NCBI GenBank assembly: GCA_951406725.2
Contig: OX597819.1
Span: forward strand, 67,828,001-67,892,000
Direction: 5' to 3'
DNA length: 64,000 bases
Origin: Octopus vulgaris
Taxonomy: Eukaryota
Position numbers and translations under genes: made by a program. The notes beneath the pieces are model-generated. The model ran no database searches. It was not told where the DNA came from and saw only the letters and a program-made list of their open reading frames with translations. This document shows positions 1 to 12,311 of the stretch, in pieces. Numbering within the stretch: the stretch's first letter is position 1; every line of letters begins with the position of its first letter.

Positions 1-272
1 ATATTGACGTCATAAGAATTTAGTAAGTTTAACAGACCATAGTTCTGTTTTTTAGAACGTTGGACCTTGAAGCAGATAAAGCTATATATAACAGCATGTA
101 AATAACGGGTTAAGAAAAAAACACTTTTTAGACAGAAAGTGTCGTAGGTTGCTCATGGGATACAGACCCACATTCCATGTAAACATGACAGACGTACTAC
201 AACTGGACAAAATCAATCATTTGAATTTAATCCACTGTTTTTATCCAGAATTTTATCTACAATAAGTAGGAA

Positions 273-625
273 CAGTGATGCCTCGCAGGGCGAGTTTAAT
301 TCGTTCCATGACCGAGCTCGTCTTACGATTTACTCGTTTTACAAATCAATTTTCGCCATTGAAATTAGCTAAAATATAATGAATCTGTTCCAGCCCCAAC
401 AAAACCACTCAAAAATAATTTTTTTATGGGTTTTAATACAGAAATGGTGTAGTTATGAGTAAAACGACAACTATAAAAAAAGAGAATGCAAAAGAAATAT
501 GTAAACTGGTTTTATTAACTGAATTACCTTAAAGATGGGATTGATATCTGTGCTAGTACTGCAGATTTCCGCTCGTACAGCGAATTAGTCGTACAATGGG
601 GCACTCGTACTACGAGGTTCTAATG
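273..625. mobile_element. Tigger/pogo-like non-autonomous DNA element (MITE), degenerate
   Basis: Starts CAGTGATGCCTCG and ends CGAGGTTCTAATG followed by TA. These resemble degenerate CAGTGG..CCTCG-type TIRs. No ORF. Confidence 0.5.
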
Positions 626-714
626 TATTTTGTTTTTGAGCCCTACGAGCAGCCTTCACTTTTTTATATCCAAAATCGAATAATATGTACAGAAGTAAAA
701 AAAAAAAAAAAAGA

Positions 715-1022
715 TGGCACCCCATCGGTAAGGACGACAGGATTACCAGTGGATCTCTTCATCGGAACAGCATGCACTTGCAATTAACTTGCAAGTAGCT
801 GAGTACTCCACAAACATGTGTAGTCTTAAAGTGGTTCTAACTGGATTTCAGAGTGACAAGACTGATCTTTTGAAATACAGATACATCGCGTTTTTGCAGC
901 TGAGTTCACTGGTACATCATGAAATGAAAGGTCTTGTGCAGGGACTAAATGGACCGCCGGGTATCGAAATCGTGTCCTTATGATGGCAAGCCAATACCGC
1001 TAACCACTAAACCACGCGAATC
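715..1022 (-). mobile_element. tRNA-derived SINE, family A (diverged copy)
   Basis: The minus strand begins with A-box TGGTTTAGTGG and B-box-like GATTTCGATACC. Body and tail align with the 1690-2058 copy. Confidence 0.75.
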
Positions 1023-1049
1023 CACATATTAAATGAGAAAGTGAACAAA

Positions 1050-1520
1050 ATATGGTAAGAAGCTTGCTTCCCAACCACATTGTCGCGGGTTCAGTCCCGC
1101 TGCGTGACAACTTAGGCAAGTGTCTTCCACTATAGCCCAACGTAGACCAAAGCCCTGTAAATATATAGGAGTCGGAGTGGCTGTGTGGTAAGTAGCTTGA
1201 TTACCAACCACATGCTTCCGGGCTTAGTTCTACTGCGTTGCACCTTCGGAAGTGTCCTCTACTATAGCCTCGGGCCGACCAAAGCCGTATGAATAGATTT
1301 GATAGACGGAATCTGAACGAATCCCGCCGTATGTATACATACATGTGTGTGTGAGTGTGTTTGTGTGTTAGTGTTTGTCTCTGTGTGTGTCTGTGTTTGT
1401 CCACCAGCACCACAACCATCGCTTGAGAACTTATGTTGGTGTGTTTATATCCCCGTAACCAGCAGTTCGGCAGAAGAGATCGATGGAATAATCACTAGTC
1501 CTACAAAGAATACGTCCAGA
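1050..1520 (+). mobile_element. tRNA-derived SINE, family B (CORE-like segment); partial copy followed by a longer copy
   Basis: Head GTGGCTGTGTGGTAAG...GGTTCAGTCCC, then CACCTT(G/C)GG(C/A)AAGTGTC, an internal (GT)n and a tail. The same family recurs at 10565-10990, 47430-47560, 51562-51905 and 54530-54830. Confidence 0.8.
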
Positions 1521-1689
1521 CTTACTCAAATGACAGAAAAAAGTAAAAAATGAAGCATACGTATCTAAAAATATTTATTTATGTCAAGAATATTAAAAAG
1601 ATTATAAATATTTCATCTTGACTGTCATTGATTTCGTCCGAAATTTTACTGATTTACACCAAAGAGAGTCATGTGATATTATTTTATCG

Positions 1690-2058
1690 TGGAAGCGCAA
1701 TGTCCCAGTGGTTAGGGCAGCTGACTCGTGGTCGTAGGATCGCGGTTTCGGTTCCCAGACCGAGTGTTGTGAGAGTTTATTCAGCGAAAACGTTTAAAAG
1801 TCCCACGAGGCTCCGGCAGGTGTGGTGGCGAACCCTTTCACCAAAACTTTCTATCAAATTTCTTTCGGTTTCTATAGTATCTGCATTTCAAAGGGCCAGC
1901 CTTGTCACAATCCGTGTCATGCTGAATCTCCCCAAGAACTACGTTAAGGGTATATGTGTCTGTGAAGTGCTCAGCCATTTGCATGTTAATTTCTCGAGCA
2001 GGCTCTTCCGTTGATCGGATCAACTGGAACCCTCATCGTCGTGACCGACGGAATGCCA
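1690..2058 (+). mobile_element. tRNA-derived SINE, family A
   Basis: A-box-like TGTCCCAGTGG and B-box-like GGTTTCGGTTCC. The tail ...ACTGGAACCCTCATCGTCGTGACCGACGGAATGCCA is shared with 715-1022 and 51285-51508. Confidence 0.8.
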
Positions 2059-2559
2059 CTAATCATTTAATTGAATTAGCCCTACATTTGAGTAAATTTT
2101 ATAGCAGCCCTTTTGGGATGCCAGACAGCTTCGAAAGCTGTTTAAGCGAAATGTATAATTTACCTCTTTCAGTAATTAAAGAAGTTAAAAAGTCAAATAT
2201 ACTATCCAACTATTATTGATAATCTATAGAAACATTTTGTGCATCCTGTGTAGAGTCTTAGGACCCAAAGGGTCGATTGCCCGGGTTCAATGGCATATAG
2301 GCAATAGAGAAAGAGAGAGAGAGAGAGATCGCAATACCTCCGCTGAACGGTACACCAATCCGTCTCAACTTCATTCACTTTACAGACGAATGAACTGGAG
2401 CAAGGCAACTTTAAATGAAATGATTTTGACAACCGGCCGTTTCCGGAATCGAAACAGCGATCTTCCGTGCAATACTAAAACCACAAAAAAAGGGCTTTCA
2501 CAATTATATAAAAACAACTGTTAATTAATTAAAGGCTGATCGTCAAAGTGTTGTATAAT

Positions 2560-3001
2560 ATTCGATTCAACTTTTGGTACAAAGCCAGCAATCTCAGTGA
2601 CGGCAGTAAGTCGATTATATCTAGCCCAGTGCTTCACTGGTAGCGGCGAGCTGGTAGAAGCGTTAGCGCGCCGGGCGAAGTGCTTAGCGGTATTTCGTCT
2701 GTCGTTACGTTCTGAGTTCAAATTCCGCTGAGGTCGACTTTGCCTTTCATCCTTTCGGGGTCGATAAATTAAGTACCAGTTACTCACTGGGGTCGATGTT
2801 ATCAACTTAATACCTTTGTCTGTCCTTGTTTGTCCCCTCTATGTTTAGCCCCTTGTGGGTAGTAAAGAAATAGGTACTTATCGTATCGACCCCGAAAGGA
2901 TGAATGACAAAGTCGACCTCGGCGGAATTTGAACTCAGACAATAAAGACAGACGAAATGCCACTAAGCATTTTAGTCCGGCGTACTAAAGATTCTGCCAG
3001 A
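2560..3001. mobile_element. Nested family C SINEs: a plus-strand copy (2643-2875) inserted into a minus-strand copy
   Basis: Plus copy: GGCGAGCTGGTAGAA...GAGTTCAAATTCC...TTTGCCTTTCATCCTTTCGGGGTCGATAAATTAAGTACC (Meta-domain-like by recall). Minus-strand halves of the same family flank it on both sides. Confidence 0.8.
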
Positions 3002-4010
3002 TCGATTTATAACTGCTGCATCATATTAGAGAACAAATCACACGGGGTATGCTATTGCAAACGCCATACGACGCAAAATATTGGACATTATCCTATTATA
3101 CAATAATGTAAACGGTAACCCTATAGAAATTTATTGTTAGTGAACATCACGGTCTGAATTTCAGAAAATATATTTGTTTACTCGAAATTGTATTTATATA
3201 ATGTACATGTTAATTGACAATATTTTCAAAAACAATTCTAATATTTTTTTTTATAATAGTAGAAATGATTAAACATTGATCGATTATAAAAGCGATTCAA
3301 ACAAACATTTGTAAATCGAAGCTTGCTTTTTTCGTCTTCTACCGTTTGGTCATTAAACTGTTGTCAGCTTGAACGATATCATTTGCCTTTCAAAAGCAAA
3401 TTTCATTCTATTTATTTTGTTACATAAATTTAGTGAATCTAAAATTAATTAATAGTATGTACAAGTCGATTGAAACTATCATTAAAAGTCGTTAATTAAA
3501 AGAAAAGCGTTTTGTTTTTTTCAAATTTTAGTCAATTAAACGCGATATCAGTATTAGTTGAATGACAACTACATGAACCAGTTTTTATATTTGTGAATAT
3601 TAGACATGTAAATAAAAATATAATGACTTGAAATATCAAAAAGGCATATTTAAAAACCGAAGACTGTTTTTCATAATTGTTATGATATTAAATGATGCGA
3701 AAAATGTATCAAATACATTCAATAGGCATTAAATACAGCCATGTCTAGTTTCAGTATTAAAAGGTATCGTTGTGACTCTTTATTTATTTTAGAAAGCTTA
3801 AACATTTAATGAGTATCACCTCACATCTATAAGCTGAAACATACATACGTGAACTTAACACATTGAAAACCACACTGACACACACATACATATAAGGTTC
3901 CCTTCTTATTGATGAATATATATATATATATATATATATATGTGGAGGGGCAACGGCCCAGTGGTTAGGGCAGCGGACTGTATATATGCATTGTGAGTGT
4001 TTCGTGAGCG

Positions 4011-4053
<43 letters not shown>

Positions 4054-4594
4054 TAGATAGATATATACATATATACAGTGAAATCGAATAATCGAACATT
4101 AAAACAAACAATAACCAGAAAACAAGGGTACGTGTACAGGGAATGCATTAGTTTGAGGCTCGGTAAACATGGAGGGATTTGCATTTCAAGCATAACTTTT
4201 TGTTAGAAAGGAAATCAGAAAATTCCAGAGAAGAGAACACATCACATCACCAAATGAACATATGTAGTTACATGGCTGAAGTGACTAGAAGTGGAAAGAG
4301 ATAGATTATAGGGGAGGGGCCTGGACTATGTCAAGACGGCGTGTATTTGTGTGTGTGTGTGTGTATTTTGTAGTGACTGCGTGTGTGGTTGTGTTTATGT
4401 AAGTGATGTATGTATAATGGTTTGACCCAACGAGTGTGTTACTGGCTGATTAAGTCACTAGATGGCGGACGACCACGCAAATATGGATATATATATATAT
4501 ATTTATGTATGTATGTATGTATATATGTAAGTATGTATGCATATATGTATATATACACACACACACCTATATATATACATATATGTATGTATAA

Positions 4595-4707
<113 letters not shown>

Positions 4708-4710
4708 GGG

Positions 4711-5739
4711 GGGGGCAACTGAAGAAGGGGAATATTCCTTGTGTTGTATGTCATGAACCTTGTTTTTTCGTTGTTTGAAAAAGTCCGTTTCCACGTTTTT
4801 TTTTCATGTTTTGTTTTCTCATTGTGTTCTACGTTTTTTGGGTGTCGTGTACCCATATAAGCATGTATATATACATATAGATGTAGGTATGTACATATAT
4901 GTATATATATATGCGTATGTTATATTTATTAATCGAACACCCCGCACCACTTCCAAGTAAGTTTTATTTTAATAATTATGATGCGCACTCTTAACTCTTA
5001 ACTTGACGTTTCCTCCCTACTTTTCCTCCCTGTCTGTCTCTGTCCCTCTCTTATTCTTCATCCTTTCTGGTTTTCTCTCCCTGCCTTCCCTATTATTCTC
5101 CTCTCCCTTTCACGGTTCACTCTCTCTTACTCTCCCTCCTCTTCCTTCTCGTCGGTGACCAGAGGGTAACTAACTTTCTTTCTGATTACTGCCTTCAACA
5201 AGTCTACACGGCTTGTCCTGTCCTCGTAAGCCGTTTTCTCAATTCGTTCAAAAATCTTTTCCATCGTCTCGGCTTAACAACCCTTATCGTTTGTTTTTAC
5301 TGTGTTATTCTCTTTGTCCTGTCTTTTACTGTTTTTAATTGTATTGCTTTTACTGTCTTGTTTTGTTTTACAGTCCTGTTCTTGTCACCACTTTTACTCC
5401 TCCGCAAAAAATCCCAAAATATATTTAATTTGCTTTGCGAGAAGGACTGTTTCAACGAAGTCGTGTCTTGCCCTTACCTTCGAAACACGGAGTAGACGAA
5501 GCAGGGGCAGCTGAAGAAGGGGAATATTCTTTGTGATGTATGTCTAGTACTCTGATTTTTCGTTGTTTGAAAAAAGTCCGTTTCCATGGTTTTGTATTTA
5601 TGTTTTCTTTTCTCATTGTGTTCTACGTTTTTTCGGTGTCCTGTACCCATATATGCATGTATACATACATATAGATGTAGGTATGTACATATTTATATGT
5701 ATATATGCATATGTTTTATTTATTAATTTGCTATTATCT
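4711..5739 (+). mobile_element. ORF-less element with ~225-bp direct terminal repeats (PLE pseudo-LTR-like)
   Basis: 4711-4933 and 5504-5727 align (GGGGCA(A/G)CTGAAGAAGGGGAATATT...TATTTATTAAT). Pyrimidine-rich core; (TA)n on both flanks. Orientation is inferred from a short extra tail on the right copy. Confidence 0.7.
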
Positions 5740-5913
5740 ATATATATATATATATATATATACTAACCACTACATATTCTTTATTTTCTATCCGTGTTTC
5801 TTTTCTTTGGAAGAGTGTAGCCTCGAAATGTTAAAGACTTTTTCACTTCCTGAACGTTAAACCACTACATCTGTTTATTGTTTGCACCACCTTTGTCTTT
5901 TTTGGGGAATTAT

Positions 5914-5950
<37 letters not shown>

Positions 5951-5951
<1 letters not shown>

Positions 5952-6197
5952 TTTAAGGTATCTAAGAGATACCACCACGCTGGAAATAGCACCCAAAATT
6001 TGGCTCTAAAACCACATTAAAAGTTCATGCAGTTCCTGGTGATGTATGAACATGCAATGTGATTTTAGAGTCGAGTTTTGGCTGCTATTTCCCTAGATTA
6101 TGATTTTAATTATGATTATTACATTTGAAGGTTTTTATTCCCATGCTGGTCACCTGTTAAGATCGGTATTTAAACAACGATCTTATTCTTATTTATA
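5951..6197. mobile_element. Foldback element, same family as 47574-47985
   Basis: GGTATCTAAGAGATACCACCACGCTGGAAATAGC...CTCTAAAACCAC has an inverted partner at ~6057-6092. The tail ...AACGATCTTATTCTTATTTAT is shared with the 47574 element. Confidence 0.7.
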
Positions 6198-6326
6198 TAT
6201 ATATTAATAAAAGGAATTCCAACCTTGTCTGAATTTCATGTTTTATTTACAATCTTATAATGATATAAGATAATATAATATAATAAAATAAAATAAAATA
6301 ATAGAATGTTAAATGTTCATTCTGAT

Positions 6327-6371
6327 TGAACTAGTACTTTCATGCATTAAATTCTGCAATCTTCAGGTTCA
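6327..6371 (-). ncRNA. Minimal type I hammerhead ribozyme in the 3' pLTR
   Basis: Minus strand reads TGAAC-CTGAAGA-ttgca gaatttaa tgcat-GAAA-gtac-TA-GTTCA. Stem I is TGAAC/GTTCA, the core is intact, and stem III is the palindrome AGTACT. Confidence 0.8.
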
Positions 6372-6794
6372 TGTAGTAGTGGTGACAGTCATGCTTCACA
6401 ATTTTTGACTGTAGCGAGATGATTGAATCTGTGCTTTAAATACAGCTGTGTGGGCTCCAGATTACTAGGTTTTGCAAACTGTATTCTGACCAATCGGTGT
6501 GTAGTATCACTCAATTACTTAAGCTGATTGGCTGATTGAGCTGATTGGTTTAGGCATCACGCTTTGTTGGACATGTCAAGAGTCCTGTATCTTAACCCTG
6601 GCCGAGGCAGCAATTGTTGGGCTATTTTTAGAAATGTTGTAAATAGCCTTTGTCAGAGATTTTTATATTTTTATATTTCAATTGTCATCATCATCATTGT
6701 CAGCACCTTAATTATTGTTGCTAGTGGTGATGATGGTGGCAATAGAACTTTTAACCCTAAATAAGATAATTTTCCTGCTATCTAAGTATTATTA

Positions 6795-8350
6795 TTATTG
6801 CTTATTTAGCTTAGGTTCGAATTTATCAATAAAATTCTTTTCTCTGATTTTCCTCTCGATTTCACTTGGGCTGTGTAATTTGTAGAATGGAAATATTATA
6901 TATATTTTCCGACCACATGTTGCTAGGTGGTTACTCAAAGGTATCTGACGGACCTCTGGGTCTCTAATCTGTTGTCGGTGTACACGTGAGCGTTCTGATA
7001 GTGCATTTCCCGTCTGACCTACATATATTTCTTCACAATTTGGGCATTTGATGCAGTAAATTAAATTTCTGCTTTTGCAGTTCATATTCGCGTTTGTGAA
7101 TATTTTCCCGGTTTTTTGTGTTTATATATTGGCCGGTATGTATGAATTGGCATGTGCCACATCGGCTATCATTGCATTTAGATACAGTGAATGTTTGGTC
7201 TTTGTTGCTAAGGTCAAATTTTGCCTTTGTTAGTAATTTTTTCAAGTTTTTAGGCTGTCTTTTACTAAGAACCATAGCTGGATCCGTGATTATGTCTTTT
7301 AATTCATTACTTTGGGCAATGATTGGTAGATTTGCTTTGGCAATGTTGAAGATATTCTGGAGACATGGGTTGTGTGTCACTATGAATGGTATGACTTTTT
7401 CTTGTTTTCCTCTTCCTTGGGTTGTCCTAAGTTTTATGGGTATTTTTATAGCCCGCTGTATGCTATTTTCTATAAGTAGAGATGGCTATTTTTGTTTGAG
7501 CAAAAATTCTCTTAGTTCTGTTAGGCGTTTGTTCCTGATATTTGTATCTTCTATAATGGTACAAATTCTTCTGGCTAGGCAGTATGGGATGTTGCGTTTT
7601 GTATGTGGTGGATGGCAAGACTTAAAATTTAGGTATTGATGTGTGTCTGTGTGTTTATAGTATATATCTGTGGTGATGGTGGTGTCTATTTTAATATTTA
7701 CCATTATATCTAGGAATGGTAATTTGGTACTACTCATCTCCTTTGTAAATTGGAGAGATGGGTGTAGGTTGTTCAGGAGTATATTGAAATCTTCCAGAGT
7801 ATTTAGAGATTCTGTCCAGATTATGAAGCAGTCGTCAAGGTATCTCTTCCATGCCTTTTCAATATACTTTCTAAATCCAGTGCCATAGTTTACCTCCACC
7901 TCTTGGTAGAGTTGTTGTTCTAAGTATCCCATTACAGAGTTGGTGTAAACGGGAGCAAACCTCGTTCCCATCGCCGTGCCTCTAATTTGGATGTAATTCT
8001 TACCATTGAAGAAGAATGTGTTGTTTTCTAGAATAAGTTTGACTGTGTCTAATACAAATAGCACTGTGAATCTGCTGGGAATCACTTCTCTATGTTTTTC
8101 TAACCAGTATTTAATCGCCTTTATTCCTAAATCGTGTGGAATATTGGTGTAGATGCTTACCACATCAAAACTTAGTAAAACTGAATTTGTTGTTTTGGGA
8201 AGATGGGACAAGAAGTCGATGTCATCCCTGATGAAACTGGGTATGCAAGTACATAGTGGTTTCAAAACAATGTCAATAAAATTGCTTAGACGGTGGGTAG
8301 GGCATGCTGGACCAGCTATAATAGGTCTAAGTTTTAGGTCTTATGGATGT
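6795..8350 (-). pseudogene. PLE reverse transcriptase plus GIY-YIG endonuclease, disrupted ORF
   Basis: Motifs: LRPIIAG, SFDVVSIYTNIP, QIRGTAMGTRFAP, KRYLDDCF, LPFLDI, YYKHT. Cys linker CNDSRCGTC. GIY-YIG: LIYCIKCPNCEEIYVGQTG...RSRVH. Split across three ORF-track segments. Confidence 0.93.
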
Positions 8351-8474
8351 AGTAATTTTATGGAATCCAAACTTGTCTGATTTTCACGTTTTATTTACAA
8401 TCTTATAATGATATAATATAATATAATATAATAAAATAAAATAAAATAATAGAATGTTAAATGTCCATTCTGAT

Positions 8475-8519
8475 TGAACTAGTACTTTCATGCATTAAAT
8501 TCCACAATATTCAGGTTCA
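8475..8519 (-). ncRNA. Mutated hammerhead ribozyme in the 5' pLTR
   Basis: Same layout as 6327-6371, but the core reads CTGAATA and stem II is mutated. Confidence 0.6.
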
Positions 8520-8543
8520 TGTAGTAGTGGTGACAGTCATATA

Positions 8544-8625
<82 letters not shown>

Positions 8626-8665
8626 TACATATATATATACACACACACAGACACACACACATACC

Positions 8666-8696
<31 letters not shown>

Positions 8697-8698
8697 GT

Positions 8699-9161
8699 AA
8701 TGGAAACAGATATAATAAACCTATATTTATTTATCCATATAAATAAATAATTTTCCGACATATGTCTCTGCTTAATTACTAAGAGTATATCAAATTTAAT
8801 TAGTAATTAAATAAATAAATACTTAATTATTAAATAATGGTGTAAGTATGAATTGTGTTGTAATCCGTGAAGAAGCTTTTTTCCTAAATGCACAGCATTG
8901 ACAATAATTTATTCGTTAATTATTTACTTAATTATTAATTAAAATAGATATACATTGAGTTAGTAAGCAGAAACATAGGATAAATATTTATATATATGGA
9001 TGAATAAATAAAGGATTATTATTTCTGTTTCCATTGTCTTCCTTATTTCATTTTCTCGGGACCTACTGCGTTAAGAATTTAAACTGAAATTAATACTACG
9101 TGTGTTCAAAACCAAATTTGTGAGTGAATTGATATCTACCTGTAGTTGTCTCCTTACTTTG

Positions 9162-9165
<4 letters not shown>
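8699..9165. mobile_element. Asymmetric foldback element between microsatellites
   Basis: AATGGAAACAGATATAATAAACC at 8699 is inverted at GGATTATTATTTCTGTTTCCATT (ending 9035). About 130 bp of unpaired tail follows, ending CTCCTTACTTTGTTA. Confidence 0.6.
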
Positions 9166-9231
<66 letters not shown>

Positions 9232-9411
9232 GTATATATATACGTATATAGAATACAATATGGGACAAGAACGCAAACATCCAGACAGGTGATACAAAAA
9301 AGGGACAACAAAACAACCAGACAGACGATACAAAGAAAACAAGGACCGATCATTCGGAGTTTCCTTTCCTCAGTCGAGTTCCAGATTATCTTTGCAATTT
9401 CGGCATGCATG

Positions 9412-9471
<60 letters not shown>

Positions 9472-9760
9472 TACATACATAGATACATACATACATACAT
9501 TCCCATATAGATACAACATATAGATTCTAGATTCACATTTGCAAGAATATGAATTAGACGACTTGACTTTGTAAAGTAGGTAAGCTAGGAATCCAGAAAA
9601 AGTATTTCAACAAATAATTCGCATATTGTAAAAAACAATTAAAAAAAAAAAAACTAACAAATATAGTAGACATTTCTCGAATTTAAAATGTGACTTTGCA
9701 TTCTTTATCTACGTTCCAAAGATGGAGTTTTTAACTTTGTTACAAATGAGTTCCTTTTAA

Positions 9761-10340
9761 GGCGACGATCTGGTAGAAACGTTAGCACGCCGGGCGAAAT
9801 GCATAGCCGTATTTCGTCTCCCATTACGTTCTCAGTTCATATTCCGCCGAGGTCAACTTAGCCTTTTATGCTTTCGGGGCCGATAGATGAAGTACCAGGT
9901 ACGCACTGGTGTCGATAGAATCGACTTAATCTGTTTGTCTGTCCTTGTTTGTTCCCTCTATATTTAGCCCTTTGTGGGCAGGAAAGAAATAGGTATTTCA
10001 TCTGCCGCTACTTTCTGAGTTCAAACTCCGCCGAGGTCGACTTTAGCATTCATCATTTCGGGGTCGATTAAATAAGTACCAGCTACGCACTGGGGTCGAT
10101 GTAATCGACTTAATCCGTTTGTCTGTCCTTGTTTGTCCTCTCTGTGTTTAGCCCCTTGTGGGTAGTAAAGAAACAGGTATTTCGTCTGTCTTTACGTTCT
10201 TAGTTCAAATTCTGCCGAGGTCGACTTCGCCTTTCATATTTTCGGGGTCGATAAATCAAGTACCAGTTACGTACTGAGTTCGATCTAATCTCTGGCCTCC
10301 TTCCTAAAAATTTCCGGCCTTGTGCCAAGAGTAAAAAAGA
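9761..10340 (+). mobile_element. Family C SINE, trimeric (184-bp internal period)
   Basis: One tRNA-like head at 9761. B-box units at 9833, 10017 and 10201. One terminal tail. Confidence 0.88.
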
Positions 10341-10423
10341 AACGAGCTCCCTCGAGACAGGAACAATTTAATAATTAAAAACATAGGAGAGTCTGTACAT
10401 GGATACATGCATACTTACATGTA

Positions 10424-10501
<78 letters not shown>

Positions 10502-10564
10502 TGTGTGTGTATGTGTGTGTGTGTGTGTGTGTGTATAAACGTATATGGGTATGTATATATTCCT

Positions 10565-10990
10565 TCATTCTTTTATATTTTTACTTGCTTCAGTTATTTG
10601 ACTGCGGCCATGTTGGAGCACCACCTTCAGTAGTTTTAGTCGAACAAACCGACCCAATGTCTTACTGTTTGTAAGCGGAGTACTTATTCTATCGGTTACT
10701 TCTGCGGAACCGCTAAGTTACGGGGACGTAAACACACTTACATATGTTGTCAATCGATGGCTGGAGAGAAGGACAAAAATAGATACAAGCACATACACAC
10801 ACACACAAATAAATATATATATATAAAAATAACAGGCCTCTTTCAGTTTCTGTCTACCAAATCCACTTGCAAGGCTTTGGCCGGCCCGATGCTACATTAG
10901 AAGACACCTGTCCCAGTAGCCACGCAGTGTGGTTGAACTCGGAACCATGAAACTGGGAAGCATTTTTCTTACCACACAGCCACACCTGTG
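10565..10990 (-). mobile_element. tRNA-derived SINE, family B
   Basis: Reverse complement of the family B head and tail (...CTTACCACACAGCCAC). Confidence 0.8.
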
Positions 10991-11426
10991 TTTATGCTAT
11001 GAATAATTTTTACCCGAGACATATGGAATTATTCCACATTACATATTGTAACAACATAACATCCCCATTCATTTTGCTGGTGATTTTTCTTTTGATTTTT
11101 AATTTGTACCGTGCTGACGCTGGCTATCACATACATTAAATATTTGCCGTCAATATAACCATGTCTGCTCAAAGTTAGAACGAAATCTATCAAAAGCTAT
11201 GCTATAGATTTTATCTAAATACTCAAAGGGATGCAAGTAAGATTCATTATTAACTATGTTACGCTAAGTCATCCCATTTAGAGGAATGAAAAAGGCATTA
11301 ATTCATCGCTTCATTTAATTCAAACAGCGTTAACATCGTATTTTGATCCCTGAAACTACACGTTCCATTTAATACACATTTATATAGATATTTCTGTTTC
11401 ACTTTATTTACAAGACTATGGTCTGA

Positions 11427-11466
<40 letters not shown>

Positions 11467-11969
11467 GTGTGTGTGTGTGAATAGCACCGTCGGAGCGGTG
11501 GCTATAAAATCCCACATTAGTTCATAGTTTAAAAGTGCATAGGTTAGTTTCTTTGCGATTATGTGCGGAGTGAAATCTTTAAAAGAAACAGATAATGGTA
11601 ATTGCTGTTTCATAGATGTCCTTTTATACGTAATTACGTTAACAGAATACGTGTAGTGAAATCGAAAATCTATCCTTTTCAGTAATTATATCAAGTTAGC
11701 TAGGAAAAGGCGACCGCAACTAGCTGTAGTCGATCATTTGGTTGTTATTAAGCTCAAGTGCTAATGATTCATTCGATGCAGATCACTAACTTAAGCTACT
11801 AAATGCGAGTTGGCACTTCTTTGATCTCATCGACTGGATTAAAGGTCGACGGTTTTGAAAATCTTTCATTCGTTTGTATAAGATCTTGTCAAATGAGCTT
11901 TAACGAGCAAAGCTTTTAGTAGTTTAGTTTCGACCAACAATTAAAGATAAGATTAAATTCGTTGTCGTC

Positions 11970-12034
<65 letters not shown>

Positions 12035-12239
12035 TATTATTATCGTTGTTGTGGAGGTTAATATCATTAACGCGACTGATATTTGCGATGATAAAATTTT
12101 ATATTCAGACAAGGACACATTTTTAAATAAGGTTTATTTCTCAATGTTGTCCCTATACAATATGTAAATTTTAATTGAGATATCGAGCCCCAGAATGACC
12201 ACTTCAACATACCGACTACACTAAAACGCTTTGCCATAT

Positions 12240-12279
12240 AGTCCGTTATCTTCATCATCATATTCATCATCAACACCAC

Positions 12280-12311
<32 letters not shown>

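Larger units (their letters stand above)
6205..8540 (-). mobile_element. Penelope-like retroelement (probably Neptune clade), 5'-truncated, with direct pseudo-LTRs
   Basis: RT and GIY-YIG ORF remnants lie between ~180-bp direct repeats at 6213-6392 and 8362-8540. Flanked by (TA)n. Confidence 0.92.

Noticed and set aside
7118-7888. Plus-strand ORFs overlapping the Penelope RT
   Set aside because: Antisense shadows of the RT/EN coding sequence. The same applies to the ORFs antisense to the Tc1 and mariner transposases.
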